From: Thecamonas trahens ATCC 50062
Taxonomy: Eukaryota; Protista; Apusomonadida
Length of the DNA stretch: 64,000 bases
NCBI RefSeq assembly: GCF_000142905.1
Contig: NW_013657671.1
Location: 480,373 to 544,372 of the forward strand
Reading direction: 5' to 3'
Part shown: in pieces, positions 24,801 through 35,971 of the stretch
Layout: the number at the start of each line of letters is the position of its first letter
Numbering within the stretch: the stretch's first letter is position 1
Position numbers and translations under genes: made by a program
Notes under the pieces: generated by a model
The model's database searches: none
What the model saw: only the letters and a program-made list of their open reading frames with translations
What the model was told of the DNA's origin: nothing

Positions 24801-24937
24801 CGTCAGACACTCCAGCTGCAGATGTACCCGCCGCTCTCGTAGACGCCACCGAGCTCCTCCGCGAGCTGCTGGTCGACGCCGTGCCCGGTGCGTGGCAAGT
24901 GGTCGCCGCGCTGCTCGACTCTGAACCCAGCAAGTAA
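21830..24937 (+). CDS. M1 aminopeptidase-fold protein (puromycin-sensitive/ERAP-like) lacking catalytic motifs
   Basis: PLPMDKYDIVIVPD, PWFEAAGVPSVHV, WIAVNW..SGHYSVVY and ERAP1_C-like helices are present; GAMEN and HEXXH are absent. Alternative in-frame start at 21692. Confidence 0.75.
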   Translation: MNDLDGVARQLLFAKQSKSSPASTSSSSSHPLAGGKAGEGMGKVMATEAVVGLATTASAWALAPSKYAVWLDLSSRLPTRYSGHIQIEADAIAHPKVKPMPKPMPTPTTDAAAANSPASSSATHVPSSSFPAARHAGSLASSSYASRSLIDAVVLRAAEHIKLGDVSVDSASSGSGLVPSAIQRVTSLPRHPHPPQVDGLEFDADAAAGMVFFVLHFEPPLRPGPLLLRIAFSGAMARSGIVRPGLVAPGSANARTLSLALLAPGDGGAVWPVVGIRGARCKTLLSLVVPAAQRALASSPCAASQELDASSGSGSVVADRVRHVFRLSRTGPETSYGFAAGSFDSRIAFSDAGYALGIHVAYAPDAATGVGHDGAPSAAAAAATLAMTSFALDTLSAALSAIEDVLDAPLPMDKYDIVIVPDGVALPNAAPLLALAFTTAANIVFDPALHPPSQLRHVASYIVATVIDSILCVAASPLPDACAPWLGAGLRKWLADKVLALLFPSWNVAALTTTARFATLHHPLATRLPLRSTMSRAITQAILPWQSGHMAGIAAMVFAWIGSGPRTAFYRSWATLNASYSDTTLLALLQRHAAKPLDVVLAPWFEAAGVPSVHVTSRSDSDGIDSGSGSDASAVDSEYDDNDDANALFLQLEVSQAGAVQYWIPLFLMQPGASRVRVKVFAHGQVTVHIQTGAWIAVNWLRSGHYSVVYSGPVLRSLRDAAVSHALGAPSRAALVYNVGAAVLQRALPLTNYLDLIQAVGTDDEDAVEVWLELVASFDAIFIAVRTCRIPASPAGSAALALLTTAGRKVFRSALRLTGWDRVASEALAMTSLRTDVIRLLAVVLVDPEIQTRAVTKFNSAVVHRELARSHLALPLAQAAVQATGKDAFETVLEVYREAPSTRRRLLGALGTAVSPLLISRALDLVLHSTMPVEGCACILTSALATETGAHKTLAFLADNLGAVHSRFVAAHAHTLWLDVLAALVAGYGPPSDTPAADVPAALVDATELLRELLVDAVPGAWQVVAALLDSEPSK

Positions 24938-24989
24938 CAACCGCAGAAAGGCTGCGCCCAGGCACATCAGCCAGTCGGCACGAGGCTAT

Positions 24990-27900
24990 TTACCTTCCGA
25001 AACCGCGTGTACCCGGCATGGCCGACAGCTTGCCGCGCGGCGACGCCATTGACAGCGACGGCCGCCTCTTCCGCCGCTTGGCGAGCACGGACTCGAGGTT
25101 CGATGACGAGACGAGGAGATTCATGTTGGCGCCTCCGCCCGAGTGCTTGCGTCCGAGCGAGTCATCACCGCCCGAGCCACGGCGGACGTGGCGAATGCGC
25201 GAGGCGATGTCCATCGGAACCGGCGGAGCGCTTGGCACACCGCGCGCTTCGCTGGAGCCTGACTTGGTTATCGACGCAAGCGAGACCGACTGCGACCGCG
25301 GCCGAGAAAGACCGGCTTGAATGCCAGTTGCGATCTCCTGCTCACGGACGGCTTGCAACCGCGATTTCGACGTCGACGACCGCCGGGCGAGCCCCGGCGA
25401 GGGCGACTTGAGCCGCCCAGCCTGCTCCAGTCGGACGTTCGAAACGTCCGAGAGAATATGGATGAGTACGGCCTGCATGCGATCGAGCTGGTGCGGAGCG
25501 AGCGTCGAAAAGTCCTTGCGCAGGTCGATGAGCTCATTGAGCGCAGAAAAGACTCGCGGCGCGGTGTGGCTTCCGAACAAGAATGACGTCCCACCCGCCC
25601 GCCCGATCGACGCCATCGCGGCTGCCTGGCCTAACGCCTTGGCAATGACTGCTCCCGACACCGATTGCCGCCGATCGCCAAGATCGCGCGGAGAGAGCAT
25701 GGCCGGCGCCGACGCCTTGCGGTGGCCACTGCGGCGTGCCATTGTTGTCGCGTCTGCTGGCGACGAGTCGGTGAGGTACGACGATGACGACACATCCGAG
25801 GTGTAGTACGAGTAGCTTCGATCCGAGTATGAGTACGACGACGCATCGGCAGTGAGCGAGCCACGCTGGATGTCAGTGTGGTTCGATGTGACCGAGAGCC
25901 GAGTCCGAAACGCGTCCTTGGAGCCGTTCTCTCTCGGGGCTTTGGACTGCCCACCGTCGTCAGACTTCTCGCCGTGGTGTGGCTGCGAGATCGACTGAAC
26001 GAGGCCATCGTCCGGGCTGGGCGACAATTGCGACAAAGGCAGCATCGGCATCGAGGTCAGCGCGCCCGAGCCCTCGCCGTTGGCAATGGTTCCCATCGCA
26101 TATGGATGCAGTCGCGTCTGTGACGCCACAACCGTGCCGGTCGACGTCTCCGTTCCATCGCCAGAGAGCGACGACGACAACGAGCTTGTCGATGAGGCCG
26201 AGACAAGAGATGACGAGTCAGACGACGAGACAACAAAGTCGGTCGACTCGGTCGCCTTTCGCTGAAGCTGGTGGCGGTGCATAATCTCCCTTGTTGACTC
26301 GAGTGGCTGCGAGGTTGTGGACTTGAGCACTTGAAGCGTGTCATCCAACGGCTTGGGTGGCGTCGCGTACGTAGAGTGCCGCCGCGAGCCCGAGCCAACA
26401 TCTGCAGCTCCAGCCAAGGAGCTCGAGACCGAGTCCGAGACCTGAACCGACGAATTGAGCGTAGTTGTACCGGACGAAACACGGACGTTCAGGCCGCGCG
26501 AGTTGCCATTCTCGGCCGAGTCCCGCCCCTTGTACACAACAGTGTTGTTGAGGTCCGACTCGGAACCAGGAAGCTCCAGCGCTGAGCTGGCTAGCTGGGC
26601 CGAGCGCGCAAAGTCAGCCTTGACGTGGCCACCGCTGTCCAACTCCGTCTTGCCGTCGCCGGCTCCTCCCCCTGCCGCATCAACCTTGGCAGTCTTGCGG
26701 GCCCGCTTTGCAGCTTTGCGGGCCTTGCGGGCCCTTCGAGCCTTGGCCTTGGCCTTGGTTCCGTGCTTGCGTGACACCGTTCCGCCGGTGGGCGTGGTGG
26801 CAGAGCTCGGCTCATCCCCCTCGCCGTCAGGGGACAGCGCCTGGTGCGAGACGCGATGCGAGCCATGGCGCGAGCTGTGGCGTGAAGTGTGGCGCGAGCT
26901 GCACGAGCGGGAGTGCGCTGCTGATGACCCGTCCTTGCGGCGGCGCCTGCGCTTGTCCTTGCGCTTGCGCTTGCGCTTGCGACTGGACCTGTATCCATGG
27001 TGGCGGCATGGTGACCGCGAACGCGAGGCCGACCCCGAGAGCGGCGAACTGCCATGGCGACCGGCCACTGTGCGGTGTGCAGTCTCGTCATTAGAGCCTG
27101 CACCTGCAGCAGCATTGATCTTAGGAATTGTGGTCAGACTCTGACCGACACCGCGCATGGATGCGGTCTGAACCGAGATGCGTGGCGCACCGCACTCCGA
27201 GCCAGAATGGCCAAGATCAGTTCCAAACTCGTGAATGACGTCGCTCTGCTCCGAGGCTGTGTCAGAAGGTACCTGTCCAGGAAGAATCGGGCCCGAGGTG
27301 GAGGTTGCGGCAATAAGGCCTCTGCTAGAGACGACCGGCGGCAGGTTCGGCTGTGCTGGCGGGGCAAAGCGTGATGGTGAGCGCGGGACCGAGCTAGTCG
27401 AGCCCTGCGAGCGGTTGAACAGCGTCTGCTGCTGCTCGGCGGCGTGAGCGAGGAGGTCACCAGAGGCCGAACGGATGATGTCCACAATCGGAAGCTGGTT
27501 GGTGATCGAGCGAGTGCGGGAGCCGGAGCGGGCGCGCGCGAGCGAGAGGACAGCTTCACGCGACGAATACGCGGCAGCACTGCGGTCAAACGAGCCGTTG
27601 AGCATAGCGGTGGGCATTTTGGGCGAGGGCGGGCCGATGGCCTGCTGCGACGTAACCTCATGTAGCGAGAACGAGCGGTTCGGATCGTCGTCATAGGAAG
27701 ACTGGCGCGCAAGAGCGTGAAGCACCTCTGACGAATTGAACGGCTGGAGCTCAGTGCCTGAGACGCCGCGGTGGAGCTCTGTTCCCGAGACGCCGAGCGT
27801 TTTCCCGCCAACGTACTCGAGCTTGTCGGCCAATTGCTCAATGTCCTCCTCAGAGTCTTCGTTGTCATTGGCCTTGTTCTGCCGCTTGAGCAACTCCTCG

Positions 27901-29359
27901 GCAGCCTTGGTGTAGAGCTCGTCGGCGTAGAGCGGAAAGTCTGTGAGCGCCGAGTCCACGTCGTCCTTCTCGAGGACAAAGACGTCGACGTAGGTGCGCG
28001 CGACGATAGACGCGTTCCGCTTTGCCTTGAACAGCAGCGCCTTTTCGCCAAAGTACTGGCCCTCGCCGAGCTGGGCCACACGACCAAGATCGATGGTGAT
28101 GACGTCGACGATGCCGCGGGTGATGAAGAACATGGACTGGCCCATTTCGTTCTCTCGGACAATGTAGTCGCCGGGAGTGTAGATTTCGGGGCGGAGAGCA
28201 GACATGAGGGCCTGGATGAACGGCTCGGCGTTGTTGAGGGCCTTGAACATGGGCACTTCGCGGAGAATGTTCTTGTTGAGGTCGTCCGAGACGAGGGCTC
28301 GCAAATGCTCGGGAAAGTCCATGAGAATGATGTTGTCGTTGAGGCCAGCCTGTCGCTGCCACAGGTACTCGTAGTACGAGCGGATTCGCGCTTGGAGGCC
28401 GGGCGCAATGCCCTTGTGGCGCATCCACAGGTTGACAATGTCCATCTTCTTCTTGTGGTCGGCCTTGGTCGCCGACGAGTTGGCGATGAGCGAGCCGACG
28501 TTACCAATAATGGCGGCAAAGACCACAATGCCCATAAACAGAACAATGAACATAAAGACGAGCTCAATGTCGGACTGTGGGTAGTTGTGATCGGGGCCCA
28601 TGCCAGTCAGCAGCGTGGTCGACCAGAACAGCGCGCGCATGTACGGTCGGAAGGTCGGCTGGTCGAGGTAGAGCTCTAGGCCCTGAGCCCAGCCAGAATC
28701 GCCGGTGTCGGGCCATTGGCCGCCGTTGCTGTCGTTGATGCGGTAGACAAGGTAGAAGAAGCAGCACGCAGTCCAGTGCGCCATGCCGAGAATGCCGAGA
28801 ATGAGCTTGACGACTCGGTAGAAGGTCGGCCTTGACGTCGCCCGCTCCCAGCGGTGAAAAACGACGGGACGCGATAGAGGAAGCCGATGCGGTTGATGCG
28901 GAGGATGGCGTGGATGGCACCTGAGCGCGAAAAGGCTGGCAGGACGCAGAGTACGTCAAAGGCAAAGTTGGTGGTGAGGTAGTGGAAGGCGTTGAGCGGG
29001 CGGTCGGTGACAATGACCCCCAGCACTTCGTAGCCCATGAGAAACCGCGTGGCAATGTCAAAGATAAGCACAGCATCCAAGCAGTAGTCGACGACATACC
29101 ACCAGTACGACTCACCGAAGCGCGGAAAGACCATCCGCATGGGGATCGTCGCCGAGTTCCACACCGTGATGAAGAAGATGAGGACCGAGAGAATCGACCG
29201 TACGCTGGTATCTGGTTCTCTCAGCGAGTCCAACCACCATTGTGACGACACTAGATTGCGGATGCTGAATCCCGTGCTTGCTTCGGTGTTCACCGCCGCT
29301 GTATCAATCGGTGGCAAGATTTGCCTGTGAAACACGAGGGAACCGGTAGACGTAGCCAT
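24990..29359 (-). CDS. Cyclic-nucleotide-gated/CNBD cation channel with very long disordered C-tail; one-base frameshift at ~28857-28861
   Basis: S1-S4 (LRINRIGFLYR), AHWTAC, pore helix ALFWSTTLLTGMG, S6 FAAIIGNVGSLI, C-linker, and CNBD YFGEKALLFKAKRNASI. Confidence 0.9.
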
Positions 29360-30109
29360 GGCCACGTGTCGAGGTCAAGTGGGGCATGAGGCGAGAGGGG
29401 AAGCATGGATGCAACCAGATGACCGAATGCCACCCAGCCCATACCAGGTGGCGCCGTGGGCCGTGAGCAGTGGCGGCAGTTGCGGCCGTGCGGTGAGAGA
29501 GAGGGAGGAGAGGGAGGGCAGACCGAGTATGGTTGAGCGGAGGGAGACAGAGGGCAATTCGTGGCCAGTGGTCATACGGGGTGGCGTTGGGGGAGGAGTT
29601 GCGGGGTGGGTGAGTGGCTGGCGGGAGGAGGAAGGAACAGCCGAGGTGAAGCTGAGCGGTGCGGCAAGGATCAACGTGGTCGTACAGAAGGGTGTGCGGG
29701 AGGGAGGGGGAGGGGGGGGGGGGCTGTATGGAGGCGTGATAGAGGGGAATGAAGGGAGAACGGGTGGGTAGGAGATATAGTGAGGGGAGGTAGTGAGGGT
29801 GGGAGGTTGTTTGCGTACACAGAGTTGGCCTCTCGTGCTCGCATGGAACGGAACCATGCCTTGGGTCCCGGCATGGTGCGCGCGAACGACGAGTGCCGAT
29901 CAGTAGCAACCCGCCGCGACTGTTGGGCGCTGTTTGCTTGTCGACGGTTGAATGGTGAATCGACAATGCCCCTCTCCCCTCCCCCCCCCCCCCCTTCCCT
30001 CGCACACACACATGATGCTCTGCACTCGCCCGATGTGGTTTTATTCCATCAGCGACAATGAGGGGGTAGGGGGGGATGTTGCAAGAGTATGAGCAGAACG
30101 CTCGCCCGA

Positions 30110-32692
30110 TCAGCGAGCCGAGGTTGCAGCAGATGGCGGCTTGGGCTCTACCGCCGCCGAGTTGAACAGATGAATGACACCATCATCAGCGACGGCGACA
30201 AGGAGAGGGCCCTCGGATGGTGGATGGGCCGAGAATGAGACGGCGCGGATGGTGCCAAATCCAGAGGCCTCGGTGTCGAGGCCGGGTGCGTTGCAGTTGA
30301 GCGTGTACAGCGGAGTTACCGAGGCGGTGCCCGAGGAAAAGTCCGGCTCGGCGTCGACGTCAAAGACAAAGACCTGCGATTGCGAGGTACCGACGGCGAG
30401 GAATCGGGCCGATGCCGAGAGATCCATCGGCGTGTACCACAAGTCTCCGCCCGTGTACCGCATGGCGGCGAGGACGTCGACAAAGCCGCCGTGTGAGACC
30501 AGGGCGGTGTCGTTGAAGACCTCGTAGAACATGTCACCGGTCTTTGGGTCCGACAGCGCCAGCGGTGTCCACCGGACAATGGTCGACTCGACCGACTTGG
30601 TGCAGAGCGTGTCGCCGACGTACCGCAGCGAGTCGACGTAGTTGGTGTGAATGCGGAAGGACCAGAAGGCTGGATGCGAGACAAAGACAGCCTTCCAGGG
30701 TCGGCTCGGGTCCTCGGCCTTGTAGGACGCCTCCATCGCCCGCAGCAGTCGCACCGTGTTGAGCTGCCACACCCGCACCGACCGGTCCATCGAGCCGGTA
30801 GCCATTTCGGTGCCGTCCGGATGGATGTCGAGGGTAAGCATCTCGGACACGTGCCCGCCGTCGCCTCCAAAGATCGCCACCGTCCGCTCGGTCTGTACGT
30901 TCCACAGCCGTGCCGAGTGGTCCTCTGACGCCGAGAACAAGAGGCAGTCGTCGAGCGGATGGACCCTGAGCTCGTGGACTGCTCCGCCGTGGCCGCGCAG
31001 CGTATGCACTACCTTTTGTGTCGTCGTGTCCATGACGCGGATGACTCCATCGGCGGCACCGACGGCAAGGAGTGCATGCCCGGTCGCCGGCTCGTGCAGC
31101 CACGCGAGAGAGTACAGCGTACGTGCCGACGACTCATCGTACAGCTGCAGCAGACGCATGCTCCCGTTGGCACAGCACTGCAGTACCGCAACTCCCGTCC
31201 CAAGCAGGACTGCAAAAACGTCAAAGAGTCGTGGGTTGAGCGTGTTGAACGCAATCCGGTACGATGAGGTTTGAGAAAAGTTGAGCTTGATGGCGTTGAC
31301 GTGCGCAAACGAGCCAAGGCCTGGCGACGGCGGGAGCGGAGGCGGGTCGATGTCAGCTGGGGAGGCCGCTGCAGGTTCCTGTGCCGGTGGACAGGCCTCC
31401 GCTTCCGCGCCGAATACTTCCCCATCGTCGGCCACATACAGCGCCTCGAGAGCGTCAAGAGCCTGAGACGGCAGCGCGTTGCCAGATGCCAGGCGCTTGT
31501 CCCATCCGAGGCTGGTGGAGTATGCATCCGCCAGGCGATCTTCGGCCTTACGGGCAAGATTGTCGGTCGCCGGCTTGGAAGGGTCAACTGGGGCGTCAAA
31601 GCACGCCACCGATGGCTGGCGGAGAAAGTATGGCAATACAATCGAGTCGAGCGAGGCCAGCGCGTCGGCGACGGCTGGGATGGTTCCAGACTGGCGAACA
31701 TCGCGCTCGCGAAGCGCAAGAGCGGCCCGCGACCCGTTGACAGCTTCGCGGATCTCTGCCCTGACAGCCGTGCGGCGCGCACTCATGTGCGGAGCAAAGG
31801 CTTTGCTCCGCGGATCACGCGAGCTTCCCTCGGCTGCCGCAGCGATGGCGAGGTCCTCGACAAGGTCACTGGCGGCGCGCATGGCTCGCCATCGCTCACG
31901 CTTGACAGACGGGTGGACAAGTGCAGACGCGCCCTCAGGCATCGCAATGCCCAACGAAGCCGCAGTCGACACCACTTTTGCCGGTAGCGGGGCGTGTTGG
32001 TCGTCGTCACTGTCGCAACCGGTCAGTCCGGCAGCAGCAGTCGCCTCCTCATCCTGCGGCGGATGCCACGGGTTGATTGCCACGCCTACGGCGGTAGTCG
32101 ACTGCCGCCGCAGTAGCTGGGCGTGGTAGTCCTGCCGCTGCACACGAGCACCGCCACTACCCGACATCTCCGCTGCCGACTTTGCAGCACAGCGGGCAGC
32201 GCGGCGGTGAGCATGGCGCTTCCTCCTCGTCCGCTTCCGCTTCCGGCCCTGACCATGTGACAGCGGTGGACCACCCGCTTTTGCCGCTGCGCCCAGAGCC
32301 ATCCTCAGTATATGCTCGTGCGTTTGCATGTGCAGTGGAGGCTCGCCAGCGCGAGACGTTCTTGTCTTGGACGTTGACGACGATGATGATGACGCCTTGA
32401 AGATCCGGCTTGCGCCTGAGTTCTGCGACGATGGTGAGCCCCTGCTAGCCATAGTTTGACTGAGCGAAGCTGACATCGATGGCTCACTTGATGCCATACT
32501 CTCCTCGTCCAAGCTTGTCGTCCCCGAGGAATACCCCGAGTTGCCCTCCTCCTCCTCCTCCTCCCCGCCTTCTCCGCTCGCGCTCCTGCTCAAGCTCTCG
32601 CTCTCACCCAAGCTGATAAGCATGCTCTTCGCTGTCTTGCGTCCGCCCGCCTCGCCACCAGCTTTCTTCTCAACGTCACACCTCTTTGCCAT
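30110..32692 (-). CDS. EED: Polycomb PRC2 subunit EED/ESC (WD40) with long N-terminal extension
   Basis: LYSLAW, GHGGAVHELRVHP, LWNVQTERTVAIFGGDGGH, IHTNYVDSLRYVGD..CTKSVE and DLWY are diagnostic EED blocks. Confidence 0.85.
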   Translation of the reverse strand: MAKRCDVEKKAGGEAGGRKTAKSMLISLGESESLSRSASGEGGEEEEEEGNSGYSSGTTSLDEESMASSEPSMSASLSQTMASRGSPSSQNSGASRIFKASSSSSSTSKTRTSRAGEPPLHMQTHEHILRMALGAAAKAGGPPLSHGQGRKRKRTRRKRHAHRRAARCAAKSAAEMSGSGGARVQRQDYHAQLLRRQSTTAVGVAINPWHPPQDEEATAAAGLTGCDSDDDQHAPLPAKVVSTAASLGIAMPEGASALVHPSVKRERWRAMRAASDLVEDLAIAAAAEGSSRDPRSKAFAPHMSARRTAVRAEIREAVNGSRAALALRERDVRQSGTIPAVADALASLDSIVLPYFLRQPSVACFDAPVDPSKPATDNLARKAEDRLADAYSTSLGWDKRLASGNALPSQALDALEALYVADDGEVFGAEAEACPPAQEPAAASPADIDPPPLPPSPGLGSFAHVNAIKLNFSQTSSYRIAFNTLNPRLFDVFAVLLGTGVAVLQCCANGSMRLLQLYDESSARTLYSLAWLHEPATGHALLAVGAADGVIRVMDTTTQKVVHTLRGHGGAVHELRVHPLDDCLLFSASEDHSARLWNVQTERTVAIFGGDGGHVSEMLTLDIHPDGTEMATGSMDRSVRVWQLNTVRLLRAMEASYKAEDPSRPWKAVFVSHPAFWSFRIHTNYVDSLRYVGDTLCTKSVESTIVRWTPLALSDPKTGDMFYEVFNDTALVSHGGFVDVLAAMRYTGGDLWYTPMDLSASARFLAVGTSQSQVFVFDVDAEPDFSSGTASVTPLYTLNCNAPGLDTEASGFGTIRAVSFSAHPPSEGPLLVAVADDGVIHLFNSAAVEPKPPSAATSAR

Positions 32693-32858
32693 GGTCGGCG
32701 ACCGAGGGTCGTGCAGAGGTGGAGTGGGGTGTTGGTGTTGATGCACGGGGGTGGGTGAGGGGTGAGGGGGCTTGGGGGTGGCTTGGCCGGGAGTTGGTCG
32801 ACAGCAGAGTGAGGTCGTGCCGAGGGGATCGGTTTGTGTGGGGGAGGGGGGGGGGGGG

Positions 32859-33380
32859 NNNNNNNNNNNNNNNNNNNNNNNNNNNNNNNNNNNNNNNNNN
32901 NNNNNNNNNNNNNNNNNNNNNNNNNNNNNNNNNNNNNNNNNNNNNNNNNNNNNNNNNNNNNNNNNNNNNNNNNNNNNNNNNNNNNNNNNNNNNNNNNNNN
33001 NNNNNNNNNNNNNNNNNNNNNNNNNNNNNNNNNNNNNNNNNNNNNNNNNNNNNNNNNNNNNNNNNNNNNNNNNNNNNNNNNNNNNNNNNNNNNNNNNNNN
33101 NNNNNNNNNNNNNNNNNNNNNNNNNNNNNNNNNNNNNNNNNNNNNNNNNNNNNNNNNNNNNNNNNNNNNNNNNNNNNNNNNNNNNNNNNNNNNNNNNNNN
33201 NNNNNNNNNNNNNNNNNNNNNNNNNNNNNNNNNNNNNNNNNNNNNNNNNNNNNNNNNNNNNNNNNNNNNNNNNNNNNNNNNNNNNNNNNNNNNNNNNNNN
33301 NNNNNNNNNNNNNNNNNNNNNNNNNNNNNNNNNNNNNNNNNNNNNNNNNNNNNNNNNNNNNNNNNNNNNNNNNNNNNNNN
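32859..33380. other. Assembly gap (N run)
   Basis: N bases, preceded by a poly-G run. Confidence 1.
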
Positions 33381-34034
33381 GCCCACAGAGTGTGTCGTCA
33401 CTTTAAGCTCAGCGTCTCTACCACGCCCAGAACGCTTCACTGGACAGAAGCCCTCGTCGATTCTAGGAAATGTAAGACCACAGGCAGTATGCCAAAATCG
33501 ATTCTTCTCGCCCGCTCTCGTGGTGCGCGTTTCTCAAGCCTCATGCGCGCCCACGCCGGATGTACACATACCCGGAAAGGGGGCCATTTTGCGGGCCAAA
33601 AGTGCGAGACGGGTTGAGTCCATTGGGGGATAAGCCCCTGTCTCCTCCCCTCTTTTGCCCAGTCGTGGGGGGTGCGGGGGGAGGGGAAATAGGGGGATGA
33701 TATGGGGATGGAAGTTTGGTTTGCAGGTAGTATGGCGAGGAGGGGGTGTGTTGATGTGACTTACTATGTGTTGGGATGACTTGTGTGGCATCTATGGTTC
33801 TCCTCTCGTCATGTTCGCCCGGCGGGTGGTGTGGCGGTGTGGCGGTGTGGCGGTGTGCTGGCTCGGGCACAACGGCGCGCTTTGTTTAATATATGCGGAA
33901 TCGACTTTGTCGGCGAATCGATCGGAAACGACTGCGGCGGATGGTGGCGGTGGCGGTGGTGGTGGTGGCGGCGATGATGGCGCTGGCAATTGCCGGCTTC
34001 CGTCATCTGTGGCGTGTCTTGGGACTCTTTGTCG

Positions 34035-35878
34035 ATGACCCACAGACATCACAATGCCGAGGAGGAAGCGCCGCGGAAGGCCATCAAGACCAAGAAGGCC
34101 AACAAGGAGGATGATGTTGCCGATGCGCCCGACGGCCAGGTTAGCAAGGCCGAGATCAAGCGGGCGCTCAACGACGAGGAGGCCGGCGCGTCGTCCAAGG
34201 TGACGGAGCGGACGGTGACAGCGACGCTCCCGCCCGGGCATCTCTCGCACTCGCGCGACATCTACCTGGTCAACTTTTCGCTCAACTTTTACGGCACCGT
34301 CCTCATTCATGACACCGAGCTCAAGCTCTCGTACGGCAACCGTTATGGGCTCATCGGCCACAACGGGTGCGGCAAGTCGACGTTCCTCACTGCGCTCGGC
34401 AAGCGCGAGGTGCCGATCCAGGACCACATCGACATCTTCTACCTCGACCGCGAGGTCGAGGCGCTCGACATCAACGCCATGGACTTTATCATCTCGGACA
34501 TCGAGGCCAAGGTGGCCAAGCTCGAAAAGTACGCCGAGGTCGTCATGGACTCGCTTGGGCCCGACGCCATGGAGCTCGACGAGATCTACGAGCGCATCGA
34601 CGCCATGGACATTGCCACGGCGCCGCGCCGTGCCGGTGAGATCCTCCACGGACTCGGCTTCACCAAGGAGATGATGGCCCAGCCGACCCGTGACTTTTCT
34701 GGAGGCTGGCGCATGCGGATCTCGCTCGCCAAGGCACTCTTCCTCGAGCCGGCCCTGCTCCTGCTCGACGACCCGACGTCGCACCTTGACCTTGAGGCTA
34801 CCCTCTGGCTCGAGTCGTACCTCGCCAAGTACCCGGCGTGCCTCGTCCTCGTCTCGCACTCGGAGGACTTCCTCGACAACGTCTGCACCCACATCATCGA
34901 CCTGCGCCTGCAGCGCCTCTCGTACTACACCGGTAACTACTCGGCGTACGTCCGGACTCGCTCCGAGAACGAGGAGAACCAGCGGCGCGCGTACGAGAAG
35001 CAGCAGAACGAGATTGCCCACATGAAGCAGTACGTCGCACGCTTCGGCCACGGAAACTCCAAGATGGCTCGCCAGGCCCAGTCCAAGGAGAAGCTCATTG
35101 CCAAGATGGAGCGCGAGGGCCTTGTCGAGGCCGTCGTCGTCGACCGCAAGCTCAAGCTCTCGTTCCCCAACCCGCCGCCGCTGGCGCCGCCCGTTCTCTC
35201 CTTCACCGACGTCACCTTTGGCTACACGCCCGAGAAGCTCCTCTTTGAGCACCTCGAGTTCGGCATCGACCTCGACTCGCGCGTCGTCCTCGTCGGTGCC
35301 AACGGTGCCGGCAAGTCGACCTTCCTCAAGCTGCTCAAGGGCGACCTCAACCCGCTCGAGGGCCGCATCCAGGCCCACGCTCACTGCCGCATCGGCTTTT
35401 ACTCGCAGCATCTTACCGAGAACCTGCCGCTCGACCGCACGCCCGTCGAGTACATGCTCTCCGTCTTCCCAAGTTTGACGGCGGCATCGACGGCATGCGC
35501 TCCATCCTCGGCCGGTTCGGCCTCTCGGGCAAGGCCCAGGTCTCGCCCATTCGCCACCTCTCTGGCGGCCAGGTCCGTCGCCTCGGCTTTGCCTACCTCG
35601 CCCAGACCTCGCCGTCCATGATTGTCATGGACGAGCCGACCAACGGTCTCTCCATGGACGCCATCGACGCCCTCGCCGACGCCCTCAACGAGTTTGAGGG
35701 CGGCGTCGTCGTCGTCTCGCATGACTTCCGCCTGCTCGAGCGCATGGAGCGGGCCGAGATCTTTGTCACCGAGAACAAGTCGCTCAACCGCTGGAACGGC
35801 TCCATTATGGAGTACAAGCAGCACCTGCAGGCCATCATTACCGCCCAGCACGAGGCCTACATTTCCGACAACATGTGA
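34035..35878 (+). CDS. ABCF2: ABC-F family ATPase (ABCF2/Arb1-like); one-base frameshift at ~35468-35470
   Basis: Two NBDs and no TMD: GHNGCGKS, FSGGWRMR, YYTGNYSAY, ARFGHG..KMARQAQSKEK, GANGAGKS, LSGGQ, VVVSHDFRL. Confidence 0.9.
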
Positions 35879-35888
35879 GCAGCCAAGT

Positions 35889-35943
35889 ACACACACGAAC
35901 GCAACACACGCATACGCACACACACACACACATACACACACAC
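35889..35943. repeat. CA-rich microsatellite-like tract between convergent stop codons (similar tract at 1257-1301)
   Basis: Directly visible in the sequence. Confidence 0.7.
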
Positions 35944-35971
35944 TGTGTTTCTTCGTCTCTCCCTCTTGGCA

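Noticed and set aside
35463-35473. Possible 11-nt GT..AG micro-intron fixing the ABCF2 frameshift
   Set aside because: Too short for splicing and it would delete the conserved aromatic-Pro pair; adding one C fits better.
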